64,000 nt of DNA from an uncultured Actinomycetes bacterium. Its GTDB lineage: Bacteria > Actinomycetota > Actinomycetes > S36-B12 > UBA10799. The notes under the pieces are model-generated. The model did no database searches. It was given only the letters and a program-made list of their open reading frames with translations, and was not told the origin of the DNA. The stretch covers positions 327,596-391,595 of the forward strand of contig CAWGCB010000002.1 of NCBI GenBank assembly GCA_963821045.1, written 5' to 3'. Of the stretch, positions 1 through 10,631 are shown piece after piece (within the stretch, counting starts at the first letter, position 1; each line of letters begins with the position of its first letter). The position numbers were made by a program, and so were the translations under genes.

Positions 1-521
1 TCCGCCACGTTGCCAACTCGGCGGCGACCTTGCGATGCCCGGAGAGCCACTTTGATCTAGTGCGGCCAGGGATCGCTATCTACGGGATTAGCCCTGGACC
101 TGATGTCGGCACTCCAGCTTCTCTTGGGCTGCGCCCGGCCATGACGTTGGCAGCCCGATTGACCCTCGTCAAGCGCCTGCCAGGGGGGCACGGTGTCTCG
201 TACGCGCACCAATATGTGACCCCTCGCGAGACCAGCGTCGGACTCGTTCCGCTCGGCTACGCCGACGGGATTTCGCGCAGCGCGAGCGGCCGAGGGCCGG
301 TACTGGCTGCTGGTCGCATTCGCCCAGTAGCGGGCCGAGTGTGTATGGACCAGTTCGTCGTCGACCTCGGTGACGACTCTGCTCGGGCGGGCGACGAGGT
401 GATCTTGTTTGGGCCGGGCGAGCACGGCGAACCTACTGCCGATGACTGGGCCGCAGCCTGCGAGACCATCGCCTACGAGGTGGTCACTACTGTTGGCCCA
501 CGAGTACCCCGAATCTACTAA
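1..521 (+). CDS. alr: Alanine racemase, C-terminal part (truncated by window start)
   Basis: Motifs 'DLVRPGIAIYG', 'GYADG', 'GRVCMDQ', 'TIAYEV'; upstream of tsaE as usual in actinobacteria. Confidence 0.95.
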   Translation, partial: RHVANSAATLRCPESHFDLVRPGIAIYGISPGPDVGTPASLGLRPAMTLAARLTLVKRLPGGHGVSYAHQYVTPRETSVGLVPLGYADGISRSASGRGPVLAAGRIRPVAGRVCMDQFVVDLGDDSARAGDEVILFGPGEHGEPTADDWAAACETIAYEVVTTVGPRVPRIY

Positions 522-532
522 GGAGACGTTCG

Positions 533-1592
533 TTGACCATCAAATCAATCGCGGCTCCGCTAGCCGTGACCATCGCCGGGTTAGTGGCGGGAGTGGCCCT
601 CGAGGAGTTGGTGATCGGACGTCGGGTGCGTCAGACGGATGGCGTGGGCGAGGGGCTCGGCTTGCTGCACGGGGAACCGGTGCGAGTCAGTGCTGACGAC
701 GGCGTAACGCTCTATGCCGAGGTAGATGATCACCGTGCGGATACCGTCGCCGACGATGTCACGGTGATTTTCTGTCACGGATACACGCTGAACCAGAACT
801 CCTGGCACTTCCAACGTCGCGACCTGCGACCTGCGGCGCGGTTGATTTTCGCCGACCAGCGCTCGCACGGTAGCTCCGATCGCGGCGATCGGGATCACAG
901 CACAGTTGATCAACTTGGGTTAGATCTCGGGCGGATCATCGATGACATTGGTGGAGCTGGTCCGATCGTCTTGGTGGGGCACTCGATGGGCGGCATGACC
1001 ATCATGGCGCTCGCGGCCGCACGGCCGGAGTTGTTCACGAGCGGTCGGGTTGGCGGCGGTGGCGTTTCTAGCAACGAGTGCCGGGGGGCTCTCGGAGACG
1101 CCCCTTGGACTACCGGCCCCGATTGGAAAGGCGCTGCACAAGATTGCGCCCGGACTTTTGAATCTCGCCTTGGCGCAAGGAGACTTGATCGACTTCGGTC
1201 GCCGCTACGGTAACGACCTCGGACTCATGCTCACTAACCGTTATAGCTTCGGGTCTCCCGTCTCGCCCGATCTGACCAACTTCACTGCCGAGATGATCAA
1301 CGCTACGCCGATCGAGGTAGTGGCTGAGTTCTTGCCAGGACTCGAGGCGCACGAGAAGACCCAGGCGCTGTCTGCGTTGATCGACACAGAGGTCCTAGTG
1401 ATGGTGGGAGAAGCGGATTTGCAGACCCCGCCGCAGCACAGTCAAGAGATCGCCCGGCTGCTGCCGAACGCCGAGCTCGAAGTGCTACCAGAGACTGGCC
1501 ACATGATCATGATGGAGCGATTCCCAGAGGTCACCCACGCGCTGCTGCTGCTCGTTGACCGCGTCCGGGAGCGGGCCGGTCTGGCCGCGTGA
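533..1592 (+). CDS. Alpha/beta hydrolase (frameshift near 1050, probably sequencing error)
   Basis: HG oxyanion motif, GHSMG nucleophile elbow in ORF 533..1213; D...GH catalytic end in ORF 1050..1592; usual position between alr and tsaE. Confidence 0.85.
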
Positions 1593-2095
1593 AGCTGATC
1601 GACGAGCAGGCCACGGTAGCGGTTGGGCGGGCCCTCGGGGAGCTGCTAACCGCCGGTGACCTAGTGATTCTCGACGGTCCGCTAGGGGCGGGAAAGACAA
1701 CGCTGGCGCGCGGGGTTGGCCAGGGCATGGGAGTCGCGGGGCCCATCACCAGCCCGACCTTCGTGATTGCCCGGGTGCACCCACCATCGGGTGCAGCCAA
1801 CACTCCTCTCGTTCATGTCGACGCCTATCGAGTTGGCTCAGTAGACGATCTGGAGAGCCTGGATCTTGACGCGTCACTTGAGGACTGCGCGACTCTCGTC
1901 GAATGGGGCCGTGGCCGAGTCGAGACCCTGTCGGACTCCTACCTCACGCTGAGTCTGGTGCGGGCCAACGGACCGGTCGATGACTCCGATGCGGGACTAG
2001 CGGACACCCGGACCCTGGGTTGGTCGGTGGTCGGACATGCGTGGGATTCGCGACTTGCCAGACTGCGTGACGTGCTCGGGCCGCAGCGCAACTAG
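1589..2095 (+). CDS. tsaE: tRNA threonylcarbamoyladenosine biosynthesis ATPase
   Basis: GPLGAGKT P-loop, SPTF, HVDAYR, VEWG motifs. Confidence 0.95.
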   Translation: MKLIDEQATVAVGRALGELLTAGDLVILDGPLGAGKTTLARGVGQGMGVAGPITSPTFVIARVHPPSGAANTPLVHVDAYRVGSVDDLESLDLDASLEDCATLVEWGRGRVETLSDSYLTLSLVRANGPVDDSDAGLADTRTLGWSVVGHAWDSRLARLRDVLGPQRN

Positions 2096-2104
2096 CCTGG
2101 TCTG

Positions 2105-2903
2105 GTGCTACTCGCTGTCGACACCGCCACTGGGACGTCAAGTGTCGCGGTTTTGGACGGGGACTTATGCCTGAGTCAGAGCGTGCTGGTGGACGTTAAC
2201 CCCGGAGAGACGACGGTTTCCCAGATCGACGAGGTCGTTCGTGCGGCGGGTGTAGAACGCAGCGATCTGAGTGCGATCGCCGTTGGTGTGGGCCCTGGGC
2301 CGTATACGTCGACGCGGATCGGGGTCGCAATTGCCTCGACCCTGGCGTTCGCACTGGACCTGCCGATCTATGGGGTCTGCACCCACGACGCGATCGCTTT
2401 GGGTTTCGCCACTGAGCGCGACCAACGCCGCGCAGACAGGGGCTCCCCAGCACTCGATGGACGGCCATCGGCACACACGCCGTCATCGGACTTCATCGTT
2501 GCCACTGACGCACGACGGCGGGAGATCTATTGGGCTCGCTACGACTCCGAGGGCACCAGAGTGGACGGGCCGACGGTCGGGAAACCAGACGTCGTCGTGG
2601 CCGGGTCGGCTATCAAGACGTGGGTTGGGAATGGCTTTGAGCGCTACCCAGAACTCGTGGAGCAGGAGGCAACTCACTGTCGTGCACCAACCGGGAGCGG
2701 ACGCTCGGTGGATCGGCGCCATTGCCTTGGCAGCTATCAGCGGGGACGACGCAGCTATCGAGAAATCGGCAGGCAGTCGGGCCAGCCTGGTGGATCATGA
2801 CAGTGAGCAAGCGGCAGAAATTCCGACTACGCAGCGGATCTTTGCGCCGTATCCGATGTACCTACGCCGACCCGATGCGAAGCTTCCGGGCGGGAGCTCA
2901 TGA
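2105..2903 (+). CDS. tsaB: t6A biosynthesis protein TsaB (frameshift near 2670)
   Basis: LAVDTAT, GPGPYTS.RIG, DARRREIY; C-terminal P.YLRRPDA in adjacent frame. Confidence 0.9.
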
Positions 2904-3570
2904 GGGCGGCTAGCACCGTCGTGCGGGATTTTCGGTGGACCGATATTCCGGCAGCAGTGCAGATCGAGCGCACTTCTTTTTCCGTGGACCGGTGGAGCGC
3001 GGAGTCATTCTGGGGTGAACTCGCGGGCGTTCCCGACAGAACCCTGTACCTGGCGCTCGACGTTGTCGGTGAGAGCACCACTGCGAGTCAGCGGGCCGCG
3101 AGCAGGAGATCGCCAGCAGTGAGCGGGCCGCCCAGAGCGAGCACGTCACCCACAACGACTCCGTAGCGGTGCGCGAGCTCGGTGGCTACGCGGGAGTCAG
3201 CTTCATAGACTCGGATGCGCACTTACAAACCATCGCTGTTGCGGCGCCGTGGCGTGGCCGCGGGCTTGGTGCGTTGCTGCTCGACGCGGTGCTCCAGCGG
3301 GCGGCCCAGCGTCAATGCTCACGTTGCCTACTCGAGGTTGCCGCTGACAATGCCCATGCGATCGAGTTGTATCGCGGGGCAGGATTCGACGATCTCTCGG
3401 TACGTGAGCGGTACTACCCAGGCGGCGGTGACGCCTTGGTCTTGGCACGGGGGATCCAATCCGCTGCGGCTAACCTGTCGGCGGGTGCCCGTAGTGGGAT
3501 TTCTGCCAGCGCGGCTGCCACTGATGCCGGCGACGACTCAATGGGAGGCAGCCATGGCACGGCGAGATGA
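2900..3570 (+). CDS. rimI: RimI-type GNAT N-acetyltransferase (frameshift near 3099; loop insertion)
   Basis: WS..SFW.EL N-terminus; RGRGLG acetyl-CoA motif, [11 protein letters not shown]...GF, RYY; between tsaB and tsaD. Confidence 0.85.
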
Positions 3571-4615
3571 GCCACTGATTCTTGGCATCGAGACCTCCTG
3601 CGATGAGACCGGTGTGGGAATCGTGTCCGGACGCACGCTGCTCGCCGACGTCGTCGCGAGCAGCGTGGATGAGCACGCTCGCTACGGCGGCGTGGTCCCC
3701 GAGATCGCGAGTCGCGCCCATTTAGAAGCGATGAATCCAACGATCGAGCGAGCCTGCCGCCAGGCCGGTGTTGCGCTGAGCGATATCGATGCGGTCGCAG
3801 TGACGGGTGGCCCAGGACTCGTTGGCGCGCTGCTGGTCGGAACGTCGAGTGCGCAAGCGTTGTCATGGGCGATCGATCGGCCGCTGTACGCAGTAAATCA
3901 CCTGGCATCCCACGTCGCGGTGGACCAGTTGGAGCACGGTCCCTTGCCGCAGCCCAGCATCGCGCTGCTCGTTTCCGGTGGGCACAGCAGTTTGCTCATG
4001 GTCACCGACGTGGCTACGGACATTCGCTCACTCGGTTCGACACTGGACGACGCCGCGGGGGAGGCGTTCGACAAGGTTGCCCGTGTGCTGGGTCTGCCGT
4101 TCCCAGGGGGCCCTCACATTGATCGGGTGGCGGCCGACGGCGAAATCACCATCGACTTCCCACGGGGCTTGAGCGGATCGCGTGACATGGCTCGCCATCG
4201 ATTCGACTTCTCCTTCAGCGGCCTCAAGACGGCTGTCGCGCGCTGGGTCGAGGCTCGAGAAGCGGCGGGGGAGCCGGTCCCAGTGGCCAATGTCGCGGCC
4301 GCGTTTCAGGAGGCCGTCGTGGACGTTCTCACCCGTAAAGCGCTCGACGCCTGTTCGGAGTTCGGGGTGGATCACTTGATGATCGGCGGTGGGGTCGCCG
4401 CAAACTCACGTTTGCGAGAGTTGGCCAAATCCCGAGGTGACGCTGCTGGCGTAACTCTTCGCGTTCCGCGGCCAGGGCTGTGCACCGACAACGGTGCGAT
4501 GGTGGCGGCATTGGGTTCGGCCATGGTTACGGCCGGCGTTGAGCCGACGGGTCTGAGCTTTCGCGCGCAGTCATCGCTTCGCGTCGAGACAATCGAGTTA
4601 CCATCGGTCTTGTGA
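3554..4615 (+). CDS. tsaD: t6A synthase TsaD
   Basis: [53 protein letters not shown]. Confidence 0.97.
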   Translation: MARRDEPLILGIETSCDETGVGIVSGRTLLADVVASSVDEHARYGGVVPEIASRAHLEAMNPTIERACRQAGVALSDIDAVAVTGGPGLVGALLVGTSSAQALSWAIDRPLYAVNHLASHVAVDQLEHGPLPQPSIALLVSGGHSSLLMVTDVATDIRSLGSTLDDAAGEAFDKVARVLGLPFPGGPHIDRVAADGEITIDFPRGLSGSRDMARHRFDFSFSGLKTAVARWVEAREAAGEPVPVANVAAAFQEAVVDVLTRKALDACSEFGVDHLMIGGGVAANSRLRELAKSRGDAAGVTLRVPRPGLCTDNGAMVAALGSAMVTAGVEPTGLSFRAQSSLRVETIELPSVL

Positions 4616-5406
4616 ACTCTTCCCGCGCCGGAATCTCGCTTGCCGTCGCCGGTGCCGGACTACTGGTCGCCGGTTGCAGTGCAACAGTGTCACCTCCGAA
4701 TACGGGAGATGCGCAGACAGAGCAGAGCGGGCAGCAATCCGCGCAGTCAACTGAGGTCGAAGAGACCAACGTCTCGATGCGCTCCCTGGCGCCGACCGAG
4801 GTCCAGGTGCCACCGCGCAGTGGCGGACTACCACCGGTGATTCGGTCCGTAAAGACGAACGACAAAGTAGTGTTTCTGACGTTTGACGACGGCTACTCCG
4901 ATAGCGCGAAGACTGCCAAGATCCTCCGTAAGTTCGACGTGCCCGTCACATCGTTTCTGACGCAAGCGGCTATCAGTAGTAACCGCGACTACTTCCAGGC
5001 TCTCTCGGAACAAGACGGCCAGGCGATCCAGAACCACACCATCAATCACCCGTCGCTTCCCGGACTCGATCAAGCGGGTCAAGAGAATCAAATCTGCGCG
5101 ACCAGCGATGCATACGCCAAGTGGACGGGAACCCGACCCTGGATGTTGCGTCCGCCCTACGGTTCGTACAACGAGACGACTCGCGCCGCGGCCGCCGCGT
5201 GCGGTATCGACTACATCGTCAACTGGAACGTCTCGCTCCCCGCTGGTCATCTTCGCTACGCCGCGGGTTCTCAACTGCAGTCTGGCGACATTATCCTCAG
5301 CCACTGGCGCGATGACCTACCCCGCCACCTCAAGCGCGCCTTGAGAGACATCCGCAACCAAGGATTCAAAATCGGCGCCCTGCAGGACTACTTGCCCCCT
5401 CGCTAG
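4612..5406 (+). CDS. Lipoprotein polysaccharide deacetylase (CE4/NodB)
   Basis: Lipobox VAGC; TFDDG, NHTINH, RPPYG, DIILSH motifs. Confidence 0.88.
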   Translation: MNSSRAGISLAVAGAGLLVAGCSATVSPPNTGDAQTEQSGQQSAQSTEVEETNVSMRSLAPTEVQVPPRSGGLPPVIRSVKTNDKVVFLTFDDGYSDSAKTAKILRKFDVPVTSFLTQAAISSNRDYFQALSEQDGQAIQNHTINHPSLPGLDQAGQENQICATSDAYAKWTGTRPWMLRPPYGSYNETTRAAAAACGIDYIVNWNVSLPAGHLRYAAGSQLQSGDIILSHWRDDLPRHLKRALRDIRNQGFKIGALQDYLPPR

Positions 5407-5410
5407 TTTT

Positions 5411-5479
5411 CGAATTCGCTCCGTGTGGGTGGAATCGGACGACATCGCGTCCAGTTACACCCACAGCCGCCGCAAACTG
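5411..5479. repeat. 69-bp palindromic (hairpin) direct repeat, copy 1
   Basis: CGAATTCGCTCCGTGTGGGTGGAATCGGACGACATCGCGTCCAGTTACACCCACAGCCGCCGCAAACTG; arms TGTGGGTG/CACCCACA and GGACG/CGTCC; one mismatch to 6534..6602. Confidence 0.95.
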
Positions 5480-5489
5480 CACAAATCAG

Positions 5490-6415
5490 CTAGCTGAGGT
5501 GGGATTTGATGGTGGCGACGACGTGGCGGGGGCGCTCGGTTAGGTCTTCCCACGTGAAACGCAGGACTTTCCAACCGGCGCCGACGAGACGGTTTTGCCG
5601 TGTTCGGTCGCGCTGGAAGCGCTCGCGGTCGCTATGCCAGGCGCGTCCGTCGACCTCGATCGCCAATCTCGTTACCTCGAACCCGAAGTCAACGTAGCCA
5701 ACGAGGCCGTGAACATCATCAACTCGAAGATTTGATGTCCAGCCCGAGATCGGGCGCGTTTCAAGAGCCGTGCCGCGAGTCGTTCCGACTCGGCGTGGCT
5801 GCCGATTCGGGCCTCAAGAGCGAGCCTGCGTAACTGCGCGTTTCCGCGCCCACCCCAGTGGGTTTCGCTAGCCAGAGAGAGTTTCTCGGGCGTGGTCCAT
5901 CGGATTTGCAGGGCTCGATACAGGATGTCACGGGCGTCGTCTGGGCGAAGCAGTCGAAGGGAGTCGGACACAGCCCGTTCGTGACTCACCACTGGTAGAC
6001 CTCGGACGTAGCGCTCCATGGTCGGCAACACTTTGTCCCGTAAGGAGACGACACCACCTAGCTGAATGTGGCGGTCACGGGGTAGGGCTAGGTAGACCTC
6101 TGAGCAGGCCCGCTCACCCCGACTGGTCGCGTCGTCGAAGAATCTGAGAAGAAAGAGTGCTGACGGACCGGTGACCACAGCACCTGGGCCGCTGCGCAAG
6201 ACGGCAGCCCAGACTCGGGTTTCCGGCGACTCGACCGTTCCGGCCAGCGTGTACACCCCGCGATAGGGCACAAAGTGTCCGCGGTGCACGGCGGCCGCGA
6301 ACTCCGCCTTGGATACGCCCGCCTCAAACGCGAGACTTCTCGTGAGGCAGCCACTGCGTCCGATTGCCGCAGATGTCACCCGATCGAATCGACGAGGATC
6401 CCTTTCATCGACCAT
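5490..6415 (-). CDS. AbiEi-like N-terminal HTH + DUF559 (Vsr-like) endonuclease domain protein (frameshift(s) near 5700-5750)
   Basis: N-term 'GCLTRS.A..AGVS...RGVY' typical of AbiEi-type wHTH. My manual translation of the end gives LAIEVDGRAWHSDRERFQRDRTRQNRLVGAGWKVLRFTWEDL, the DUF559 signature; stop at 5490-5492. Confidence 0.85.
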
Positions 6416-6533
6416 GGCCCGATCCTGCCTCAGCCCAGCGATTGCGCGCCTATCTCGTCCACACCCTCATTCCCGTCCACACCTGACGCGCCCTATCGCG
6501 CCCACCGCGCGACTGGCTGCTGGCCATGTGCGC

Positions 6534-6602
6534 CGAATTCGCTCCGTGTGGGTGGAATCGGACGGCATCGCGTCCAGTTACACCCACAGCCGCCGCAAAC
6601 TG
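6534..6602. repeat. 69-bp palindromic (hairpin) direct repeat, copy 2
   Basis: Same sequence and orientation as 5411..5479, except GACGGC versus GACGAC at the hairpin apex. Confidence 0.95.
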
Positions 6603-6642
6603 GACACGATCCGCAATCAGTGACGGTTGGGTGGGCGCCGCG

Positions 6643-6669
6643 CTGGCAGTCTCCTTGACGGAGTGCTAA
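6643..6669 (+). promoter_or_regulatory. CIRCE element 1 (HrcA operator) overlapping a probable -35 TTGACG
   Basis: CTGGCAGTC-N9-GAGTGCTAA; -10-like CATACT at 6679-6684. Confidence 0.85.
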
Positions 6670-6689
6670 TCGACCACGCATACTAGGCG

Positions 6690-6716
6690 TTAGCACTCGG
6701 CAGGCTAGAGTGCTGA
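6690..6716 (+). promoter_or_regulatory. CIRCE element 2 (HrcA operator)
   Basis: TTAGCACTC-N9-GAGTGCTGA upstream of groES. Confidence 0.93.
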
Positions 6717-6812
6717 AAGCCTCACGGGAGACGGCACCGCGACGACGTCGACTGCGAGGGTTGCAAGACGTCAGATTCGTTTCAATCCAATCCCGCAAGG
6801 GGAGGTCCCAAC

Positions 6813-7112
6813 GTGTCAGTATCAATCAAACCACTTGAGGACCGAATTCTCGTTCAGCCGTTGGATGCCGAACAGACCACCGCGTCTGGCCTGGTAATTC
6901 CGGATACCGCCAAAGAGAAGCCACAAGAGGGCAAGGTTTTGGCTGTTGGCCCAGGTCGTTTCGACGAGGATGGCGAGAAGCGCATCCCCCTCGATATCAC
7001 TGTTGGGGACATTGTCATCTACTCCAAGTACGGTGGCACCGAAGTCAAGTACAACGGTGAGGAGTACTTGATCTTGTCAGCCCGCGACGTGCTCGCGGTT
7101 GTCGAGAAGTAG
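6813..7112 (+). CDS. groES: Co-chaperonin GroES
   Basis: [36 protein letters not shown]. Confidence 0.98.
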   Translation: MSVSIKPLEDRILVQPLDAEQTTASGLVIPDTAKEKPQEGKVLAVGPGRFDEDGEKRIPLDITVGDIVIYSKYGGTEVKYNGEEYLILSARDVLAVVEK

Positions 7113-7139
7113 AACCTGAGAAGTAGCACTAAACAGTTC

Positions 7140-7178
7140 GCTGCCTCGCACCCGCCAACTCGGCAAGCGCGAGGCAGC
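7140..7178. other. Intergenic hairpin between groES and groEL
   Basis: GCTGCCTCGC...GCGAGGCAGC 10-bp stem, no U-tract. Confidence 0.5.
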
Positions 7179-7288
7179 ATTCTGTCCACGAGCCGCTGGG
7201 CCGCAGTCCAGACAAGTCCCGGCGATCAGCAGAGCTCACGCGCGTAGTAGCGCAAGGACCCCCATCAGCAATAAGCAGAAGGCTGGAA

Positions 7289-8919
7289 ATGTCGAAGATT
7301 CTTGAGTTCGACAAGCGGCCCGCGCAGTCCCTCGAGCGCGGAGTCGACGCGCTCGCGAACGCGGTCAGGTCACCCTCGGCCCAAAGGGTCGCAACGTCGT
7401 GATCGACAAGCAGTGGGGCTCACCCACGATCACCAACGACGGCGTGACCATCGCCCGTGAGATCGAACTGGAGATCCCTACGAGAACCTCGGCGCACAGC
7501 TGGCCAAAGAAGTTGCGACCAAGACCAACGATGTAGCCGGTGACGGTACGACCACTGCAACGGTGCTGGCCCAGGCGATGGTGCACGAAGGATTGCGCGG
7601 GTCACCGCTGGTGGATCGCCCGATGGCGCTTAAGCGCGGCATGGATGCAGCCGTGCAAGCCGTCAACGCAGCGTTGCGGAGATCGCTCGGGAGGTGTCCG
7701 GTAAAGAAGAGATCCCCCAGGTCGCGACCGTCTCGTCCCAGGACCGCTGAGATTGGTGGCCTCATCGCCGATGCTTTCGACAAGGTCGGCAAAGACGGCG
7801 TGATCTCGGTCGAGGAGTCCAGCACCACCGCGATGGAACTGGAGTTCACCGAGGGGATGCAGTTCGACAAGGGCTACATCTCTCCCTACTTCGTGACGGA
7901 TACCGAGCGGATGGAAGCGGTTCTCGAGGACGCCGTTCTCCTGCTCGTGCAGGGCAAGATCAGCTCCGTCAGCGAAATGCTGCCGGTGCTCGAGAAGGTC
8001 GTGGAGAGCAGGCAAGCCGCTGTTGATCATCGCCGAGGATGTCGATGGCGAAGCGCTTTACACACTGGTGGTCAACCGGATTCGCGGCACGCTTCACTTC
8101 GGTCGCCGTGAAGGCACCGGCCTTCGGCGATCGCCGCAAGGCGATGCTCGCAGGACCTGGCGGTTCTCACCGGTGCTCAGGTCGTCTCCGCGGATGTCGG
8201 ACTCAAGCTCGACCAGGTCGGCTCGAGGTGCTCGGTAGGCTCGCCGTGATCGTGGTGACCAAGGACAACACCACGATCGTTGACGGTGGCGGCTCGCACG
8301 AGGCCGTGGCCGATCGTGTCGCGCAGATCAAGCGCGAGATTGAGAACACCGATTCTGATTGGGATCGGGAGAAGCTCCAAGAGCGACTCGCGAAACTCGT
8401 CCGGCGGTGTTGTCGTGATCAAGGTCGGTGCGGCACACCGAGGTTGAGCTCAAAGAGAAGAAGCACCGCATCGAGGATGCGGTCTCGGCGACTCGTGCCG
8501 CGATCGAAGAGGGAATTGTGGCCGGTGGCGGTTCAGCGCTGGTCCACGCCGGCAGCGTCCTCGATGACAACCTCGGCCTGACCGGCGACGAGGCCACGGT
8601 GTTGAGATCGTCCGCAAGGCCTGTCGCGAGCCGCTGCGTTGGATTGCCGAGAACGCGGGCGAGCCGAAGGTTACGTTCGTGGCGCACAGGTTGCGAGCTC
8701 GGTGCGGAAACGGCTACAACGCGGCAACCGATGAGTACGGCGACCTGTTGAGCAGGGTGTGATCGACCCGGTCAAGGTGACTCGATCCGCGCTTGCAGCA
8801 ATGCAGCATCCATCGCCGGCATGTTGCTCACCACCGAGGCACTCGTGGTCGAGAAGCCAGCAGAGGACGAAGATGACGAGCATGGCCATTCGCATGGGGG
8901 CCATGGCCACTCGCACTAG
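7289..8919 (+). CDS. groEL: Chaperonin GroEL1 (His-rich C-terminus); many frameshifts, likely sequencing errors
   Basis: Fragments [53 protein letters not shown]; tail [18 protein letters not shown]. Confidence 0.93.
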
Positions 8920-8934
8920 TAACGCGATCTATCG

Positions 8935-8977
8935 CAGATTGGCTCGGTCACGCAAATGTGACCGAGCCAATCTGTTT
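8935..8977 (+). terminator. Intrinsic terminator after groEL
   Basis: 17-bp perfect stem CAGATTGGCTCGGTCAC / GTGACCGAGCCAATCTG followed by TTT. Confidence 0.85.
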
Positions 8978-9023
8978 GCCGGGCCGATCTGAATCCACTT
9001 CTAGAACGAGGCATGCTTGAGTT

Positions 9024-9802
9024 GTGGAACTTCCCCAAGTCACCAATGCGCTAATTGATCAAGGCGAGCGGATGGCCTTTCATGGTTACCCGAGCGAGGG
9101 AGTCGGCCCCCTGCGCACCGCGGTGGAGCTCTCACGGGCGGATGAGGACCAGTCGTTCGTGCAGCGGGCGACCTGGCTGTTGGGGGTATGTCACGCGTCA
9201 GTGGGTGAATACGACTTAGCTATGGATGAGCTCGTACCGCTCAGCGTGCTCGCCACGCAGCGCAAGAAGTCCAATAGGTGGGCGGTCCTCTCTTGTACGA
9301 CGATGGCCAGCGTCTACCGTCAGCAGCAGTCGTACTCCAAGGCTCGGCAATGCGACGAGTGGGCTTAGCCTGGCGAGATAGTACGACTCGCTTCGATGCC
9401 TTGATCGGACTCGCTGCGGACTCGGTCGGGGAAGCGGATGCCGAGGGTGCGCAAGAGTACTGGGGTGCTAGCCACGATGTAAGCGACGACGAGTGGCGTC
9501 AGGTTGTTCGGTTGGCGTGGGTCGAGGCGGAGATTTCACTGCTGCGCAGCGACGCGCCACGAGCGGCCGAAGTCAGCATGGCGGCTGCGGAACTGTCCGC
9601 CAGAGCCAACGCACCCCGGCACAAAGCCAAGAGTCTTCTGTTCGCGGGAGTGGCGTTCGTCGATGTTGGGGACTATCGAGCAGCAAGCAGTGCGCTGAAC
9701 GCCTCGATTGAGTTGAGCCGCGATTTGAGTGCTGCGCCGCTGCTCGAACCGGCCTCAGAAATGCTGGCGCGTCTCGAACAGGTTGCGTCTGTGCCGAGGT
9801 AG
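9024..9802 (+). CDS. Conserved helical (TPR-like) hypothetical protein resembling M. tuberculosis Rv3415c (frameshift near 9365)
   Basis: Motifs DALIGLAAD, VR..WV.AE, RH..KS as I recall them in Rv3415c, which also lies just after groEL1. Confidence 0.65.
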
Positions 9803-9809
9803 TCGGCGG

Positions 9810-10421
9810 CTAGTGCAGGAAACCCCAACGGAATCCAAGTGCCACAGCCTGGGCGCGATCGGCTGCCCCCACCTTGCGAAACAGTCGACGAGCATGTGTC
9901 TTGACGGTGTCCTCGGACAAGAACAGTTCCTTGCCAATCCCGGCGTTGGAAAGGCCGCGGCTCATTCCGTCGAGCACTTGTTGCTCGCGCTCAGTGAGTG
10001 TGGGCGGAGCGCCGCCCGGACGCATACGTGTACCTCGTTGGCCCGGAGCATCCGAACCAGTCGACAGTGCCAGCGTCAGTGTGGAGGCGAGCTCCTCGCG
10101 CGAGGCGTCTTTCGCGATATAGCCCCGGGCGCCGCCGCTCACCGCTCGCGCGACCCCATCTGCATCCTCTCCCATTGTGAGCATCACGACGGCCGCGTCG
10201 GGGTGCGCGGAGACGAGGCGCTTCGTTGCTTCGACGCCTCCGATGCCGGGCATTCGAACGTCCATCAGGATGAGATCTGGTCGTTCCAAGGGATACCGGG
10301 CCAGTACCTCCTCGCCGCTGCCTGCGGCAGTAACCCGTTCGACGCCAGGAAGGCCAGCCAGCGCCCGACGGACGGCCTCGCGGGCCATCGGCGCATCGTC
10401 ACACACTAGAACTGTTGTCAC
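9810..10421 (-). CDS. bldM: NarL/LuxR-family orphan response regulator, BldM-like
   Basis: Very similar to Streptomyces BldM as recalled: VLVCDD, DLILMDVRMPG, ELFLSEDTVKTHARRLF, AVALGFRWG; located between groEL1 and guaB. Confidence 0.8.
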   Translation of the reverse strand: MTTVLVCDDAPMAREAVRRALAGLPGVERVTAAGSGEEVLARYPLERPDLILMDVRMPGIGGVEATKRLVSAHPDAAVVMLTMGEDADGVARAVSGGARGYIAKDASREELASTLTLALSTGSDAPGQRGTRMRPGGAPPTLTEREQQVLDGMSRGLSNAGIGKELFLSEDTVKTHARRLFRKVGAADRAQAVALGFRWGFLH

Positions 10422-10631
10422 TTTTCCTCCGCCACCTGTCGCTTCTGATCTGATGCATCGGCCAAGTGGGGGAAATCCTTTAGGCCGTTAGTAGGCAATT
10501 TCTTTGATAGCTCTTGGAATACTCTTACGGGTCGTGCTCACGTGGGCAACCGGAAGCCGCACTCGTGACGTTGGGTAACGAAGCGTCATGGCGAGTGGGC
10601 GACTTGACGATGGGCCTGCGACAATCTCGCG

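Noticed and set aside
5411-6602. Repeats as a CRISPR array, or the gene as a complete type IV toxin-antitoxin system
   Set aside because: Only two 69-bp repeats separated by a whole gene, no cas genes, and no AbiEii nucleotidyltransferase toxin adjacent.
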